Positions 27,018 to 37,003 of a DNA stretch of 64,000 nt are shown in pieces. Below the pieces are notes generated by a model, which was given only the letters and a program-made list of their open reading frames with translations, was not told where the DNA came from and made no database searches. The translations under genes were made by a program, and so were the position numbers. Within the stretch, counting starts at the first letter, position 1, and every line of letters begins with the position of its first letter. Source of the stretch: a virus (lineage: Duplodnaviria; Caudoviricetes); IMG/VR virus record IMGVR_UViG_3300014733_000004, positions 1,182 through 65,181 of that record. One strand, given 5' to 3'.

Positions 27018-27688
27018 AGCTGGAAGACCTGATTCGCCGCTTCCGCACCCTCGCCAAGGACAAGGTGGAACCCTACCTGTTCGAGAACGAGGACGTGGTC
27101 GACTGGCTCAACGATGCGCAGGCCCAGGCCTGCATTCGTCGTCGGCTCATCCGGGAGGACGCGCTGCCCGCCGTGTGCCGCATTGAGCTGGCCGCGGGGA
27201 AGCACACGTACCCCCTGCATGCGTCCGTCTTCGAGATCATCCATCTGCAGGCCCGGCGCGCGAGTGACAGCCAGCCGCGGCCCATGACCATCGTGACGCG
27301 GGAATGGCTGGAAGCCGAGGTGCCGGGCTGGCGCGACCGCGACTACCCCAGCGATTGGGTCATCCAAGACGACACCACGTTGCGCGTGGTGGGCCGCGTG
27401 GAGAACGGCGAGGTGCTGGAGCTGGAGTGCTACCGCCTTCCGCTGAAGCCCTTCGACGTGGGCAACGACACCGCCAAGCCCGAGATCCACGAGGCGCACC
27501 ACGAGCACCTGATCCAGTGGGCCCTTCACCGGGCGTTCAGCGTGCCTGACACCGAGAGCTTCGACCCCGACCGTGCCGTGCTGGCCGAACGCGCATTCAC
27601 GGCCTACTTCGGCCCGATGCCGGATGCGGACCTCCGACGCGACACGCGCGCCGACGTGCAGCACTTCAACCGCGGGGTGCTGCCGTGA
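27014..27688 (+). CDS. Head-tail adaptor-like protein
   Basis: YLFENEDVVDWLNDAQ...HEAHHEHLIQWALHRAF; position after the head genes. Confidence 0.65.
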   Translation: MKLEDLIRRFRTLAKDKVEPYLFENEDVVDWLNDAQAQACIRRRLIREDALPAVCRIELAAGKHTYPLHASVFEIIHLQARRASDSQPRPMTIVTREWLEAEVPGWRDRDYPSDWVIQDDTTLRVVGRVENGEVLELECYRLPLKPFDVGNDTAKPEIHEAHHEHLIQWALHRAFSVPDTESFDPDRAVLAERAFTAYFGPMPDADLRRDTRADVQHFNRGVLP

Positions 27689-27912
27689 CCGATACCGGAA
27701 CCATGCACATCGACCTGCGTGTGGGCGATTCCCTGCGTGTCGGTGATTCGGTCATCACGCTGGCCAAGAAGGACGGACAGCGCGCGCGCCTCACGGTGAC
27801 GGCCCCGCGCAGCACGCCCGTCATCCGCCCCAACCAACAACCCAGCGCGCAGGAGTGCGCTTCTTCGCCCATTGCGGGCAAGGAGCACACCCATGGCAAA
27901 CACCCTCTATGA
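27685..27912 (+). CDS. CsrA/RsmA-like small protein (alternative start 27703)
   Basis: LRVGDSLRVGD...GQRARLTVTAPRSTPVIR aligns by eye with CsrA RRVGETLMIGD...GNQVRIGVNAPKEVSVHR. Confidence 0.65.
   Translation: MTDTGTMHIDLRVGDSLRVGDSVITLAKKDGQRARLTVTAPRSTPVIRPNQQPSAQECASSPIAGKEHTHGKHPL
27845..27887 (+). promoter_or_regulatory. GGA-loop hairpin plus CAAGGAGCA SD, copy 1
   Basis: GCGCGCAGGAGTGCGC at 27845-27860; identical 16-mer at 36962. Confidence 0.6.
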
Positions 27913-28300
27913 CTTCGCGCGCCAGCGCTTCCTCGAGGCCCAGATCAACTGGATGACCGACACCGTGAAGGTGCTGCTGGTCGACACGGGCGCCTACACG
28001 CCGCAAACCGCCGTCCACCAGTACCTGGCCGACATCCCGGTTTCCTCGCGCGTGGCCGGGCCCGTGACGCTCACGGCCAAGAGCACGGCCGGCGGCGCGG
28101 CCGACGGGGCGGACGTGACCTTCACCAGCGTCTCGGGCCCTTCCATCGAGGCCATCGTCATCTACGTGGACACCGGCACCGAAGCCACCAGCCCGCTCAT
28201 CGCGTACATCGACACGGCCACCGGCCTGCCCATCACCCCGAACGGCGGCGACATCATCGTCACCTGGGACAACGGCACGAACAAAATCTTCAAGGTCTGA
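27893..28300 (+). CDS. Virion structural protein (135 aa)
   Basis: AAGGAG SD; Thr/Gly-rich beta protein. Confidence 0.75.
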   Translation: MANTLYDFARQRFLEAQINWMTDTVKVLLVDTGAYTPQTAVHQYLADIPVSSRVAGPVTLTAKSTAGGAADGADVTFTSVSGPSIEAIVIYVDTGTEATSPLIAYIDTATGLPITPNGGDIIVTWDNGTNKIFKV

Positions 28301-28308
28301 CCCCGCCG

Positions 28309-28605
28309 ATGACCACCAAGCCCCCCACCCAGGTGGCCGGGGTCACGGGCATCGCACCGGCGCCGGTGACGATGAACGAGATCCCGGCATCCGCCATCGA
28401 CTGGAAGGCCGTGGCGAGCCTGCCGCCGTTCCAGATGTTCGCGGGCGAGCGCAGCCGTAACACCAGCGGAAAGGATTCCATGGAACATGCCCTGGACTTC
28501 GTGAAAGCCAAGGGCAGCGGCGCGGACGTGCTCCAGGCCTACGAGGACTGGCACGCGGCCAAGGGCTACTGGCCGAACGAGGACGCCTACGGGCGGGCGC
28601 GCTGA
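28309..28605 (+). CDS. Hypothetical protein (98 aa)
   Basis: TGATG overlap with the next gene. Confidence 0.7.
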   Translation: MTTKPPTQVAGVTGIAPAPVTMNEIPASAIDWKAVASLPPFQMFAGERSRNTSGKDSMEHALDFVKAKGSGADVLQAYEDWHAAKGYWPNEDAYGRAR

Positions 28606-29807
28606 TGCCGATCAAGCTCTACCGCAGCGACCAGGTGGGCGCGCCCGCGCTCAGCGGCACGAACGGCACGTTGATCGCGGTGCTGGACGCATGCCTCGTG
28701 AATGGCTTCGGCCAAGTCAACGTCGCCACGCTCACACGCGTGGGCAACGTCGTCACGGCGGGGTTCATCGCGCCGCACAACCTGAACACCTACGACTGGG
28801 CGACCCTCGCCGGGGCTGACCAGGCCGGCTACAACGGTGAGCACCAGGTGACGCGCGTGGACGCGCTCACGCTGACGTTCGAGGTGCAGGGCGACCCGGT
28901 GACGCCCGGTACCGGCACGATCACCATGCGACGGGCTCCCGCGGGCTTCGCGAAGCCGTTCGCGGCCACCAACAAAGCGGTGTACCAGTCCACCGACCCC
29001 AGCTCCCGTCGACACTTCTTCCGCGTGGTGGACGACGGTACCAGCGGCCTCGGCGCGCGCGCGGCGCGGATCAGGGGCTTCGAGACCATGGCGGGTGTGG
29101 ACGATGGCGCGCTGCCGTTCCCGCCGGGGCACCTGTTCCCGAACGATGGGTTTTGGCTCAACAAGTCGAACTTCCTGGATGCCTACGCGCGGGCATGGAT
29201 CGTCGTGTCGGACGGCAAGACCGTCTACCTCATGATCAGCGGCGGCCGCGGGCCCGCAGACTTCACGGATGACAGCTACGCACAGCTGAACGCCTTCGGC
29301 GAGTATTCGACTTTCGTGCCAGATGCCTACGCATCGTTCGTGTCGGGCATGGAGGGGGAGGACCAGAACTCCTCGAACTGTGGGGTGCTGCGCTCCGCGG
29401 GCACCACGACCCCCAGCCCGCAGGATCGAAACTGCCCGGTCGCCGTGGCCCGGATGTTCAACGCGGCGCCCGGGTCGTACTACGCCGTGGCACACATCGG
29501 CCACGGGATGAACTCGCCCTACGTCATTGGCGAGCGCGTGGCGATCCCGTACCCCAACCTTCCGGACAACCGGTACTACCTGACGCCCGTGCTCATGTAC
29601 GACCCCGGCGGGTACCTCAGGGCGCAGCTGCCCGGGGCCTATGAATCTCTCCATGGCCGCACCCACACGCAGGGCCGCATGCTCGAGAACGTGAACGTGG
29701 TCGGCAAGGAGAAGCATCGGTTCGTGTACCTGGGCGGCCGGGGCGGCAGCACCAGCTACCTCGGCGGCATCTTCGTCGACCTGACAGGCCCATGGGAGGT
29801 GTCCTGA
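28605..29807 (+). CDS. Tail-associated protein, paralogue 1
   Basis: N-terminus MPIKLYRSDQVGAPALSGTNGTL; ends DLTGPW. Confidence 0.7.
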   Translation: MPIKLYRSDQVGAPALSGTNGTLIAVLDACLVNGFGQVNVATLTRVGNVVTAGFIAPHNLNTYDWATLAGADQAGYNGEHQVTRVDALTLTFEVQGDPVTPGTGTITMRRAPAGFAKPFAATNKAVYQSTDPSSRRHFFRVVDDGTSGLGARAARIRGFETMAGVDDGALPFPPGHLFPNDGFWLNKSNFLDAYARAWIVVSDGKTVYLMISGGRGPADFTDDSYAQLNAFGEYSTFVPDAYASFVSGMEGEDQNSSNCGVLRSAGTTTPSPQDRNCPVAVARMFNAAPGSYYAVAHIGHGMNSPYVIGERVAIPYPNLPDNRYYLTPVLMYDPGGYLRAQLPGAYESLHGRTHTQGRMLENVNVVGKEKHRFVYLGGRGGSTSYLGGIFVDLTGPWEVS

Positions 29808-30997
29808 TGCCGGTGAAACTCTTCCACAGCGCCCAGGTGGGCGCGCCGACCCTCACGGGCCAGATAGGGAGCCTGGTCGCGCTGCTGACCGCGTGCCTGG
29901 TAGACGGGTACCCCACGATCACGGTCACATCGGTCACGCGCGACGGCGGGGTGGTGACGGTGGTGACGGAGTCCGCGCACGGCTTCAACACCGGGGACTA
30001 CGCGCGGATCGCGGGTGCATCCGAGGCGGCCTACAACATCGAGACGCTGGTCACGCGCGTGAACGCGACGACGTTCACCTTCGCGGTGACGGGCTCTCCC
30101 GCCACACCGGCTACGGGTACCGTGACCGTCCGCCGCACCTCGGCCGGCTGGGAGCGCGCTTTCACGGGCGAGAACAAGGCGGTGTACCGGGCGAAGTCGG
30201 GGCTGCGCCACTACCTGCGCGTGGTGGACGACGCCAGTTCCGCCGGCGGCGCGCGCGAGGCGCAGCTGCAGGGCTTCCGGACCATGAGCAGCGTGGATGC
30301 CGGTGAAGAGCGTTTCCCCAGCACGGCCCAGAAGGCGGCGCTCTACGCTTACAAGTCCAGCGGCTCCGATGCCAGTTCGCGGCCCTGGGTGCTGATCGCG
30401 GACGAGCGGTTTTTCTACCTGGGCATCCAGGAAGCCGACTCGCCGACGAACAAGCTGTGGTACGGCGGCGGTTTCCCCTACTGGTACACCTTCGGCGAGC
30501 TGGTGGGAACGACCCGCGAGGTGGACCAGTACGCTACCGTGTTGGGCGGCATGGCTGACTCCAACCGCCTGAACGAGAGCGTGTGGAATGGGGCCTTCTT
30601 CCCCATCCGCCGCAACTCCGCCGAGGGCAATTCGGCATCCGGGTACACGCTGCGCGGGGTCGATGAGCTGGAGGGCGCGCCACTGCAGTACAACCTCTGG
30701 GGCCATGGGTGGGACCAGAACTGCCTGGGTGTGGCTGGGTGCCTGACCTACCCCCACCGAACGGACAACGGGTTCTACCTGGCACCGGTGCGCATGGCGC
30801 AGCAGAACACTATCCGCGCCGCCATGCCCGGGCTCTACGAGTCCCTGCATGGCACCGCAGGCGGCCTGGTGACCAACTGGTCCGAGTTCAACGGGTCCAT
30901 CGTCGGGCTGGAAGGGCGGCGGCTCATTTGCTTCCACGCCCGATGCTACGACCAGATCGGGCTGCTGGGATTCGACGTGACGGGGCCCTGGCGCTGA
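29807..30997 (+). CDS. Tail-associated protein, paralogue 2
   Basis: N-terminus MPVKLFHSAQVGAPTLTGQIGSL; ends DVTGPW; clearly homologous to the preceding gene. Confidence 0.7.
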   Translation: MPVKLFHSAQVGAPTLTGQIGSLVALLTACLVDGYPTITVTSVTRDGGVVTVVTESAHGFNTGDYARIAGASEAAYNIETLVTRVNATTFTFAVTGSPATPATGTVTVRRTSAGWERAFTGENKAVYRAKSGLRHYLRVVDDASSAGGAREAQLQGFRTMSSVDAGEERFPSTAQKAALYAYKSSGSDASSRPWVLIADERFFYLGIQEADSPTNKLWYGGGFPYWYTFGELVGTTREVDQYATVLGGMADSNRLNESVWNGAFFPIRRNSAEGNSASGYTLRGVDELEGAPLQYNLWGHGWDQNCLGVAGCLTYPHRTDNGFYLAPVRMAQQNTIRAAMPGLYESLHGTAGGLVTNWSEFNGSIVGLEGRRLICFHARCYDQIGLLGFDVTGPWR

Positions 30998-31800
30998 TGG
31001 CTGCGCACCGGTACTGGCGGCTCAGGAACCTGGCCACCTCCTACTTCACCTGCACCGAGCTGCAGATGCGCGAGGTGGCGGGCGGCCCCAACGTCGTTGG
31101 CGGCGGAACGCCCATCGCTTCATCCGTCTACCAGGGAACCTACCTGACTGCGCGCGCTTTCGACGGCAACACCGGCATGCCCGAGTGGCATTCCGATGGC
31201 GCGGGCGCCGGCAACAACTGGCTGGGCTACGACTTCGGTGCCGGCAACGCCAAGGACATCGTGCAGATCGTCTACTCGCAGCGCAGCGAGGCCTCGTGGT
31301 CCCCCAACAGCTGGGCGTTCGAGTACAGCGATGACGGCTCCGACTGGACCACGGCCCGGGTGGGCTCGGGTTCTTTCCCCGCCGACAGCACCACCGTCCT
31401 GGACGTGTTCCAGCTGGACCCGTCGCAGGTCAAGAACCGCCTGTTCCCTCCAGCGTTCCTGGCATACACGCGGCCTTCGCCGGGCACGCCTGCGCAGCCG
31501 GTGTTCAATCCGGACTCCCAGTACCGGGAGCGGCCGGGGCTGCAGTTCGTCGGCATGATGGGGCTCAACCCGGTCTACAAGCTCGCGGGCTCCACTACCT
31601 CCCTGGGTGATCCCGTGCCGCGGCGCGTGCGCCTCTACAACCAGCGCGACGGGCGGCTGGCGCGGGAGCAGATCACGGCGGAGGATGGCGCTTTCGAGTT
31701 CACCCACATCGAGCAAGGCCCGTGGCAGGTGGTGGGCGTGGATGACACGGGCGCGCAGAACGGCGTCATCTACACCCACGTGCTGGCCGTGCTGATGTAG
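30997..31800 (+). CDS. Tail protein with discoidin (F5/8 type C)-like domain and C-terminal beta-sandwich
   Basis: AFDGN...W...NNWLGYDFG...FEYSDDGSDWTT pattern. Confidence 0.65.
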   Translation: MAAHRYWRLRNLATSYFTCTELQMREVAGGPNVVGGGTPIASSVYQGTYLTARAFDGNTGMPEWHSDGAGAGNNWLGYDFGAGNAKDIVQIVYSQRSEASWSPNSWAFEYSDDGSDWTTARVGSGSFPADSTTVLDVFQLDPSQVKNRLFPPAFLAYTRPSPGTPAQPVFNPDSQYRERPGLQFVGMMGLNPVYKLAGSTTSLGDPVPRRVRLYNQRDGRLAREQITAEDGAFEFTHIEQGPWQVVGVDDTGAQNGVIYTHVLAVLM

Positions 31801-31809
31801 GGGCCGCCG

Positions 31810-34800
31810 ATGGCACTCCCACCAGGCGGGCGGATCATCCTCGCGTTCGGCGTGCCGGGCGCGCCACCCGCGGGCGATAGGGTCGGGCTCGACTTCGCCC
31901 CGCGGCCGCGGCAAGACCCGTTCTACGTCGGCCTGAGCGACCAGGGCGGCATGGGCGCGCCTGGGGTGCGCTTCAAGTCGCGGCTGATCCAGCACGCGAC
32001 GGCCGGCGCCGGGGGCGGCGTGGGGATGCCCGGCATCGAGAAAGAGGCCCAGCGCATCACGGCAGCCGGCTGGCTGTCGGGCGCCGTGCCCGCTCCGACC
32101 TATGTGCGGTGGCGCCGGTTCATCACCCCCGCCAGCTGGGCCGCCAACGACACCCCGCCCGTGCCGTCCCTGCGCCTGGCGGGCGGCTACCAGCCGGCCC
32201 CTGGCTCCCACATCACGTTGAACTTCGCCGAGCCGCTGGCGCCTCCGCCTGGTTCGTCGGTGGTGCTGGAATTCGGCGCGGTAGGCTACGGGCGTGTTCT
32301 CGGTGCGACCGTGGGCATGGCCGGCGGCGTGGGCGAACCCGGGGTGTTCAAGCCCCAGCAGGTCCGCCCGGCCGGCATCCCGTCCGCGGCGGTGGTGGGC
32401 GCGCCATTCGTTGAGGGGAGCATTCGCAACGTGCGGCCCCAAGGCGTGGCAACCGTCGCGCCGAGCCGCCCGACCGTGCGCAATTCGGCCGTGCCGCTAC
32501 GCCCAGCGGGTTTCGACGCACATGCGGCGGGCGAGCCGCGAGTGTGGAACTGGTGTCAGTACGTACCGGTCGGCGGCTTCTACGCGGCGCTGTTCGGCAC
32601 TGCCTACGTGCAGGGTGGGGTGAAGACCGTGCTGCTGGACGGGCTCGCCAGCGCGGCCTACGGCACGGTCAACGTCATCAACACCACCGCGAACCGGTCC
32701 GTGGCGCCGCGAGGCATCGAGCCGCCGGGGATCCCGACGCCCAACGTCTCGCCGCGCTTCGTGCTCCCGCAGGGACTGTTCGCGGCAGGCATGGGCACGC
32801 CCCTGGTGCAGCCCAATCCCCACCCGGCCGGCTGGGGCTCGGCGCTCTATGGCACGCCGCGGATCTACTACCGGACGCGGTTCCTGCGACCGGCGGGTAT
32901 CGACGCCTACGCGCCAGGCTACCCACGGGTGGGCGACTGGGCGCAGCGCATCCTTCACGCCGCGTCACCCGTCACCGCCGTGTTCGGTGATACCGCCGTC
33001 CGGCTCAAGAACCTGCGGACCCGCCCGGCTGGCTTCACGGGCATGGAGGTGTCGCCCTGGGCCGAGGTGCGCAACCTCAATCGGTGGGTGCGCGCCGCCG
33101 GCATCGCGCCGGCCGCCGTGGGCGCGCCCGCAGGGCGCAATGCCACGCCTTCGTTCGCGCCGCCGGGATTCATCGCCACGCGGTTCGGCGCGGCAGGTGT
33201 GGGTGCGAGGATTCGATATGTCACGCCCACAGGGGTCACGCTGCCCGTGGCGCAGGTGGCCGGGCCGTCCCTGTGGAAGACGCCCGACTTCAAGCCGGAT
33301 GGTATCGAGGCGCCCGCAGTTCCACCGCCAGCGGTCACGAACGGACGCCGGTACCTGCTGGGGCAGGGTGCAGCGATGGCGCGGCACGGCACACCCACGG
33401 TGGGGTTCGCCTACCGATGGATCGCGCCCGAGGGGCTTGCAGCCTTCCAGCCCGGTGTCGGCCGCATCGACCACGGCAACCGCGAGCTGCTGGTGGCCGG
33501 GTTCAGCGACAACGCCTACGGTACGGGCTGGGCCAGCTTCGCGCGTCGCGCCCTCGCGCCAGCCGGCTTCCGGACCATCCAGGGCGCGAACCACGCGGTG
33601 GCGGGCTCGCGGTTCCTGCGGCCCGACGGCTTCGTGGCCACGCGATGGGGCACGCGGATCATTCCCGAAGCCCGGGTGGTGTACGCGCTCGGTTTCGCCG
33701 GGATGGTCGGATGGCCCGCCGTGGCGAACCGGCGCCAGTACCTCGCGCCATCGAGCATCCGCCTGTACGCGGAGCCGCAGCAGCATTTCGGCTCGGCCCG
33801 CACGTGGAACCTTCGGCAGCACGTGACCATGTTCCCCGACGTGGACAGCGACCTGAACCCGCCGCGGTGGTCCCAGTGGACGCGGATCGAGAACCGGAAC
33901 AAGCTGCTCGGCGTCACCGGCACCCTTATGACCCGCTATGGGGCCGTGCAGGTGGACAACAAGGCGCGGCAGATCCTGCCGGCCGGGACGGCGGCGCCTG
34001 CGCTGCCGGGGTACCAGCGCGCCGGCATGGTGGCCTACCGCATCCGCGGTCTGCCCCTGCGCGGAATCGAAGCACCGCACCTGAGCACCTGGGCCAACGT
34101 GCGCAACGCGGCGCGCCTGGTGCACCCGCCGGGGCTGGACGCGCAGGCCTTCGGCTCGGCCGGTGCCGTGAACCGAACACGCGTGTTCAACCGCATCGGG
34201 AATTTCGACGCGGCGGTGCTGGGCTACCCGTTCATCGCACCCCGCGTTCGCTCGCTGGGCATCGAGGCGCGCTACACCATCGCCCCTCCCGTCGTCCCGG
34301 TGGCCCGCGTGCAGCTGCGCAGCCGGTACCTGGGCCCGCGCGCCATCGGAAATCCTGAGGTGGGTGCGGCGGCGCTCACCATCCACAAGAGCATCATCAC
34401 GCCACGGTGGACCCTGCAGAACTTCTACGGCTTCCCCGTGGTGCGCAACGTGACCCCCGAGGTGCGAGGAAAGGGGTACGTGATGGAGCTGTGGGGCGAC
34501 AACCGCGTGAGGTTGCAGTGGCGGCCGCTGGCGCCGGTAGGCACGAATACGGCGCTGTTCGGACGGACCACCATCGCCGACCGCCGGCGGACGATCTTCC
34601 TGGCGGGCTGGAGCAGCATGGCGGTGAGCGACAAGCTGGAGGTGGTGCGCACGGGCACTCCGCCGCTTGCCACCCAGTACATCTGGCTGGACTCCCAGGA
34701 TCCCAGCGGCGATCCGGAAGCCGGGTTCGGCATCAAGGTGCCCGCCGAGCAGGTGCCTGTCCCGAGCCTGCAGCAACAGGTGGTCTACCCGTCCGGCATG

Positions 34801-35763
34801 GACACGGTCGGGAACTTCGGTTCGCCGACCGTGACCGCGAACTCCATCCGCGTGGAGCCCGGGTACTTCGACCTGCTGGTGGGGGAGCCTGTCGTGGACT
34901 TCTGGCGCCGGACGCTCACGGCGAAGGGGATCGCCTCGACGTCGACGCCGGGCAAGCCGCGATTGAGCCCGCACACGATCTGGGCCGTGGTGGACGCTCC
35001 AGAACAGGCCGTGCTGAACCACCCGGAAAGCCGGCAGGAGCTGGTCCGGTCGGAGGTCACATTCGGAAATCCTGCCCTCGAAAACCGGCACCGGATCGTC
35101 GCGGCCGCTGGCACGGCGCCGCCCGCCTTCGGGATCACCGATGTGGTGAACCGCCGTCAGTACCTTCGGCCCTCCGGAACCCACTCGGCCCGGTTCGGAT
35201 GGCTCACCGTTCCGGGCCCCATCCACGTGGAGTTCTTCACGACCATCAGCACCATGGCCATGGGGCAGCCGACAGTCGCGCGCCCACCCCAGCTGGGACC
35301 GCAGACCGTGATGGGGCAGGGCTTCGTGGCGGCCACGCTCGGGCAGGCCCGGCTGGAGCTTTTCCACCGTGCCATGCCCGTCCAGGGGTTCGAGGCTACG
35401 GCGATGGGGTTTTCGCGGCGGCCCGACGCGCCATTCATGTGGCAGAGCCTGCGCGTGGGCGAGCGGGTTCCGAACGTCGCCGAAGGGTTCGACGCCGCGC
35501 GCTTCGGCGCCACGTGGATCTCGCACCGGGTTCGGCAGGTGGCGGTCGAAGGGTTTGATTCCTTCGTCATGGAGTACGACTATCGGGCCTTCGCGCTGCG
35601 CATGCGCGTGCGCAACGCCACCGGCACCGAGCGCCCCCGCCAGATCGTGCTGCCGCGCGGCGACCGCATGGAGCTGGTGGGCACGCCCGGCGCGCGGCTC
35701 GGCGTGCACTACATCCGCCCGGACGGGAACGCAGACCAATACCGCAAGGGAGCCCCCTCATGA
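31810..35763 (+). CDS. Large virion protein (1317 aa) with degenerate RPxG/GxPxV repeats
   Basis: Long ORF with repeated RPAG...GxPxV units. Confidence 0.7.
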   Translation: MALPPGGRIILAFGVPGAPPAGDRVGLDFAPRPRQDPFYVGLSDQGGMGAPGVRFKSRLIQHATAGAGGGVGMPGIEKEAQRITAAGWLSGAVPAPTYVRWRRFITPASWAANDTPPVPSLRLAGGYQPAPGSHITLNFAEPLAPPPGSSVVLEFGAVGYGRVLGATVGMAGGVGEPGVFKPQQVRPAGIPSAAVVGAPFVEGSIRNVRPQGVATVAPSRPTVRNSAVPLRPAGFDAHAAGEPRVWNWCQYVPVGGFYAALFGTAYVQGGVKTVLLDGLASAAYGTVNVINTTANRSVAPRGIEPPGIPTPNVSPRFVLPQGLFAAGMGTPLVQPNPHPAGWGSALYGTPRIYYRTRFLRPAGIDAYAPGYPRVGDWAQRILHAASPVTAVFGDTAVRLKNLRTRPAGFTGMEVSPWAEVRNLNRWVRAAGIAPAAVGAPAGRNATPSFAPPGFIATRFGAAGVGARIRYVTPTGVTLPVAQVAGPSLWKTPDFKPDGIEAPAVPPPAVTNGRRYLLGQGAAMARHGTPTVGFAYRWIAPEGLAAFQPGVGRIDHGNRELLVAGFSDNAYGTGWASFARRALAPAGFRTIQGANHAVAGSRFLRPDGFVATRWGTRIIPEARVVYALGFAGMVGWPAVANRRQYLAPSSIRLYAEPQQHFGSARTWNLRQHVTMFPDVDSDLNPPRWSQWTRIENRNKLLGVTGTLMTRYGAVQVDNKARQILPAGTAAPALPGYQRAGMVAYRIRGLPLRGIEAPHLSTWANVRNAARLVHPPGLDAQAFGSAGAVNRTRVFNRIGNFDAAVLGYPFIAPRVRSLGIEARYTIAPPVVPVARVQLRSRYLGPRAIGNPEVGAAALTIHKSIITPRWTLQNFYGFPVVRNVTPEVRGKGYVMELWGDNRVRLQWRPLAPVGTNTALFGRTTIADRRRTIFLAGWSSMAVSDKLEVVRTGTPPLATQYIWLDSQDPSGDPEAGFGIKVPAEQVPVPSLQQQVVYPSGMDTVGNFGSPTVTANSIRVEPGYFDLLVGEPVVDFWRRTLTAKGIASTSTPGKPRLSPHTIWAVVDAPEQAVLNHPESRQELVRSEVTFGNPALENRHRIVAAAGTAPPAFGITDVVNRRQYLRPSGTHSARFGWLTVPGPIHVEFFTTISTMAMGQPTVARPPQLGPQTVMGQGFVAATLGQARLELFHRAMPVQGFEATAMGFSRRPDAPFMWQSLRVGERVPNVAEGFDAARFGATWISHRVRQVAVEGFDSFVMEYDYRAFALRMRVRNATGTERPRQIVLPRGDRMELVGTPGARLGVHYIRPDGNADQYRKGAPS

Positions 35764-36950
35764 AGACCTTCAAGATGCACCCGTTGGCGGGGATCGACAA
35801 CGCCTCCACCCACGACGATGCGCTGCAGATCGGCGGCCAGGAGCGGCGCCTGTTTCTGCGCGATGCGGTGAACGTGGACATCAGCGAAAACGGGCGTGCG
35901 AGCATGCGGCCCGGGCTGCGCAAGGTGTCGCCGCTGGCACTCTCCAGCCTGTGGCAGAGCCCCCTGCATGGCGACGTGTTTGGGGCGCTGGGCGGCGACT
36001 GGGTGAAGGTGGATCCGCTCACCTGGAGCACGCAGCCGCTGGCCGCCATCGGTGGCCCTGACCTCTCGCACCTGGTGCTGAACAACGTGGTGCTGGTGGC
36101 TGGCCCGGCGGGCCTGTTCCAGTTCAACGGCCAGGGTGCGCAGCGGTTCACCCTCGATCGCCCGCCCGCGCCCATGGTGGCGGCTGGCGCGGGCTCCCTG
36201 GAGCCGGGCGCCTATGGCGTAGCGGTGGCCTGGCTGCGCGGCGCCATGGAATCGCCCCTGTCGCCCATGACCACGTGCACGGTGGGCGCGGCCGGGGCGC
36301 TGTCCATCACGCTGCCCCTGTGCCTGGACCAGAGCGTCACGCACGCGCGCCTGTACCTCACCCGGCAGAACGGCGGCGAGCTGGCGCGGGCCGAGGACTA
36401 CCCCATCGGACTGCTGCAGGTGGAGCTTCCCCTGCTGCCCCAGCTCGGCGCGGCGGCGCAGTTCCAGCACATGGAGCCCATGCCCACCGGGCAGTTCCTG
36501 AGCTACTGGCGCGGGCGGCTGGTGACGGCGCGGGCCAACATGCTGCGCTTTTCCGAGGCCATGGCCTACCACCTGCACGACCCGCGGCACGGCTTCGTGC
36601 AGCTGCCGCAGCGCATCACGTTCGTGTTCCCGGTCGATGGCGGCCTGTGGGTCGGCCAAGTCGACCACGTCCTGTTCCTGCGGGGCTCCGAGCCGGGCGG
36701 CCTGGCGCTCGAGCGCAAGACCAGCAAGGCGCCCGTGCCGGGCAGCGCGGTGGCGATCGATGCGGAGACGGCTGGCGAGCTGTCCGGAGGCGGCCAGGCG
36801 GCGCTGGCGTGGCTGGCGGAGAACGGCTACGTGCTCGGCACGCCCGACGGGTCGGTGGTGGAGACGCGGGCAGGGCGCCTGCGCGGCATCACGGGGCAGC
36901 GCTCGACCAGCATAGTGTTTGCAAAGCGCCTGACCACTGCCGTAACCTGA
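35760..36950 (+). CDS. Virion tail protein (396 aa)
   Basis: ATGA overlap; beta-rich; position. Confidence 0.6.
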   Translation: MKTFKMHPLAGIDNASTHDDALQIGGQERRLFLRDAVNVDISENGRASMRPGLRKVSPLALSSLWQSPLHGDVFGALGGDWVKVDPLTWSTQPLAAIGGPDLSHLVLNNVVLVAGPAGLFQFNGQGAQRFTLDRPPAPMVAAGAGSLEPGAYGVAVAWLRGAMESPLSPMTTCTVGAAGALSITLPLCLDQSVTHARLYLTRQNGGELARAEDYPIGLLQVELPLLPQLGAAAQFQHMEPMPTGQFLSYWRGRLVTARANMLRFSEAMAYHLHDPRHGFVQLPQRITFVFPVDGGLWVGQVDHVLFLRGSEPGGLALERKTSKAPVPGSAVAIDAETAGELSGGGQAALAWLAENGYVLGTPDGSVVETRAGRLRGITGQRSTSIVFAKRLTTAVT

Positions 36951-36961
36951 TCCCTCAATCG

Positions 36962-36999
36962 GCGCGCAGGAGTGCGCCTTGGCCAACCACCAAGGAGCA
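36962..36999 (+). promoter_or_regulatory. GGA-loop hairpin plus CAAGGAGCA SD, copy 2
   Basis: GCGCGCAGGAGTGCGC at 36962-36977; CAAGGAGCA at 36991-36999. Confidence 0.6.
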
Positions 37000-37003
37000 T
37001 TCC

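Noticed and set aside
28605-30997. Diversity-generating retroelement or invertible tail-fibre switch
   Set aside because: No reverse transcriptase, no TR/VR pair differing at adenines, and no invertase or inverted crossover sites seen.
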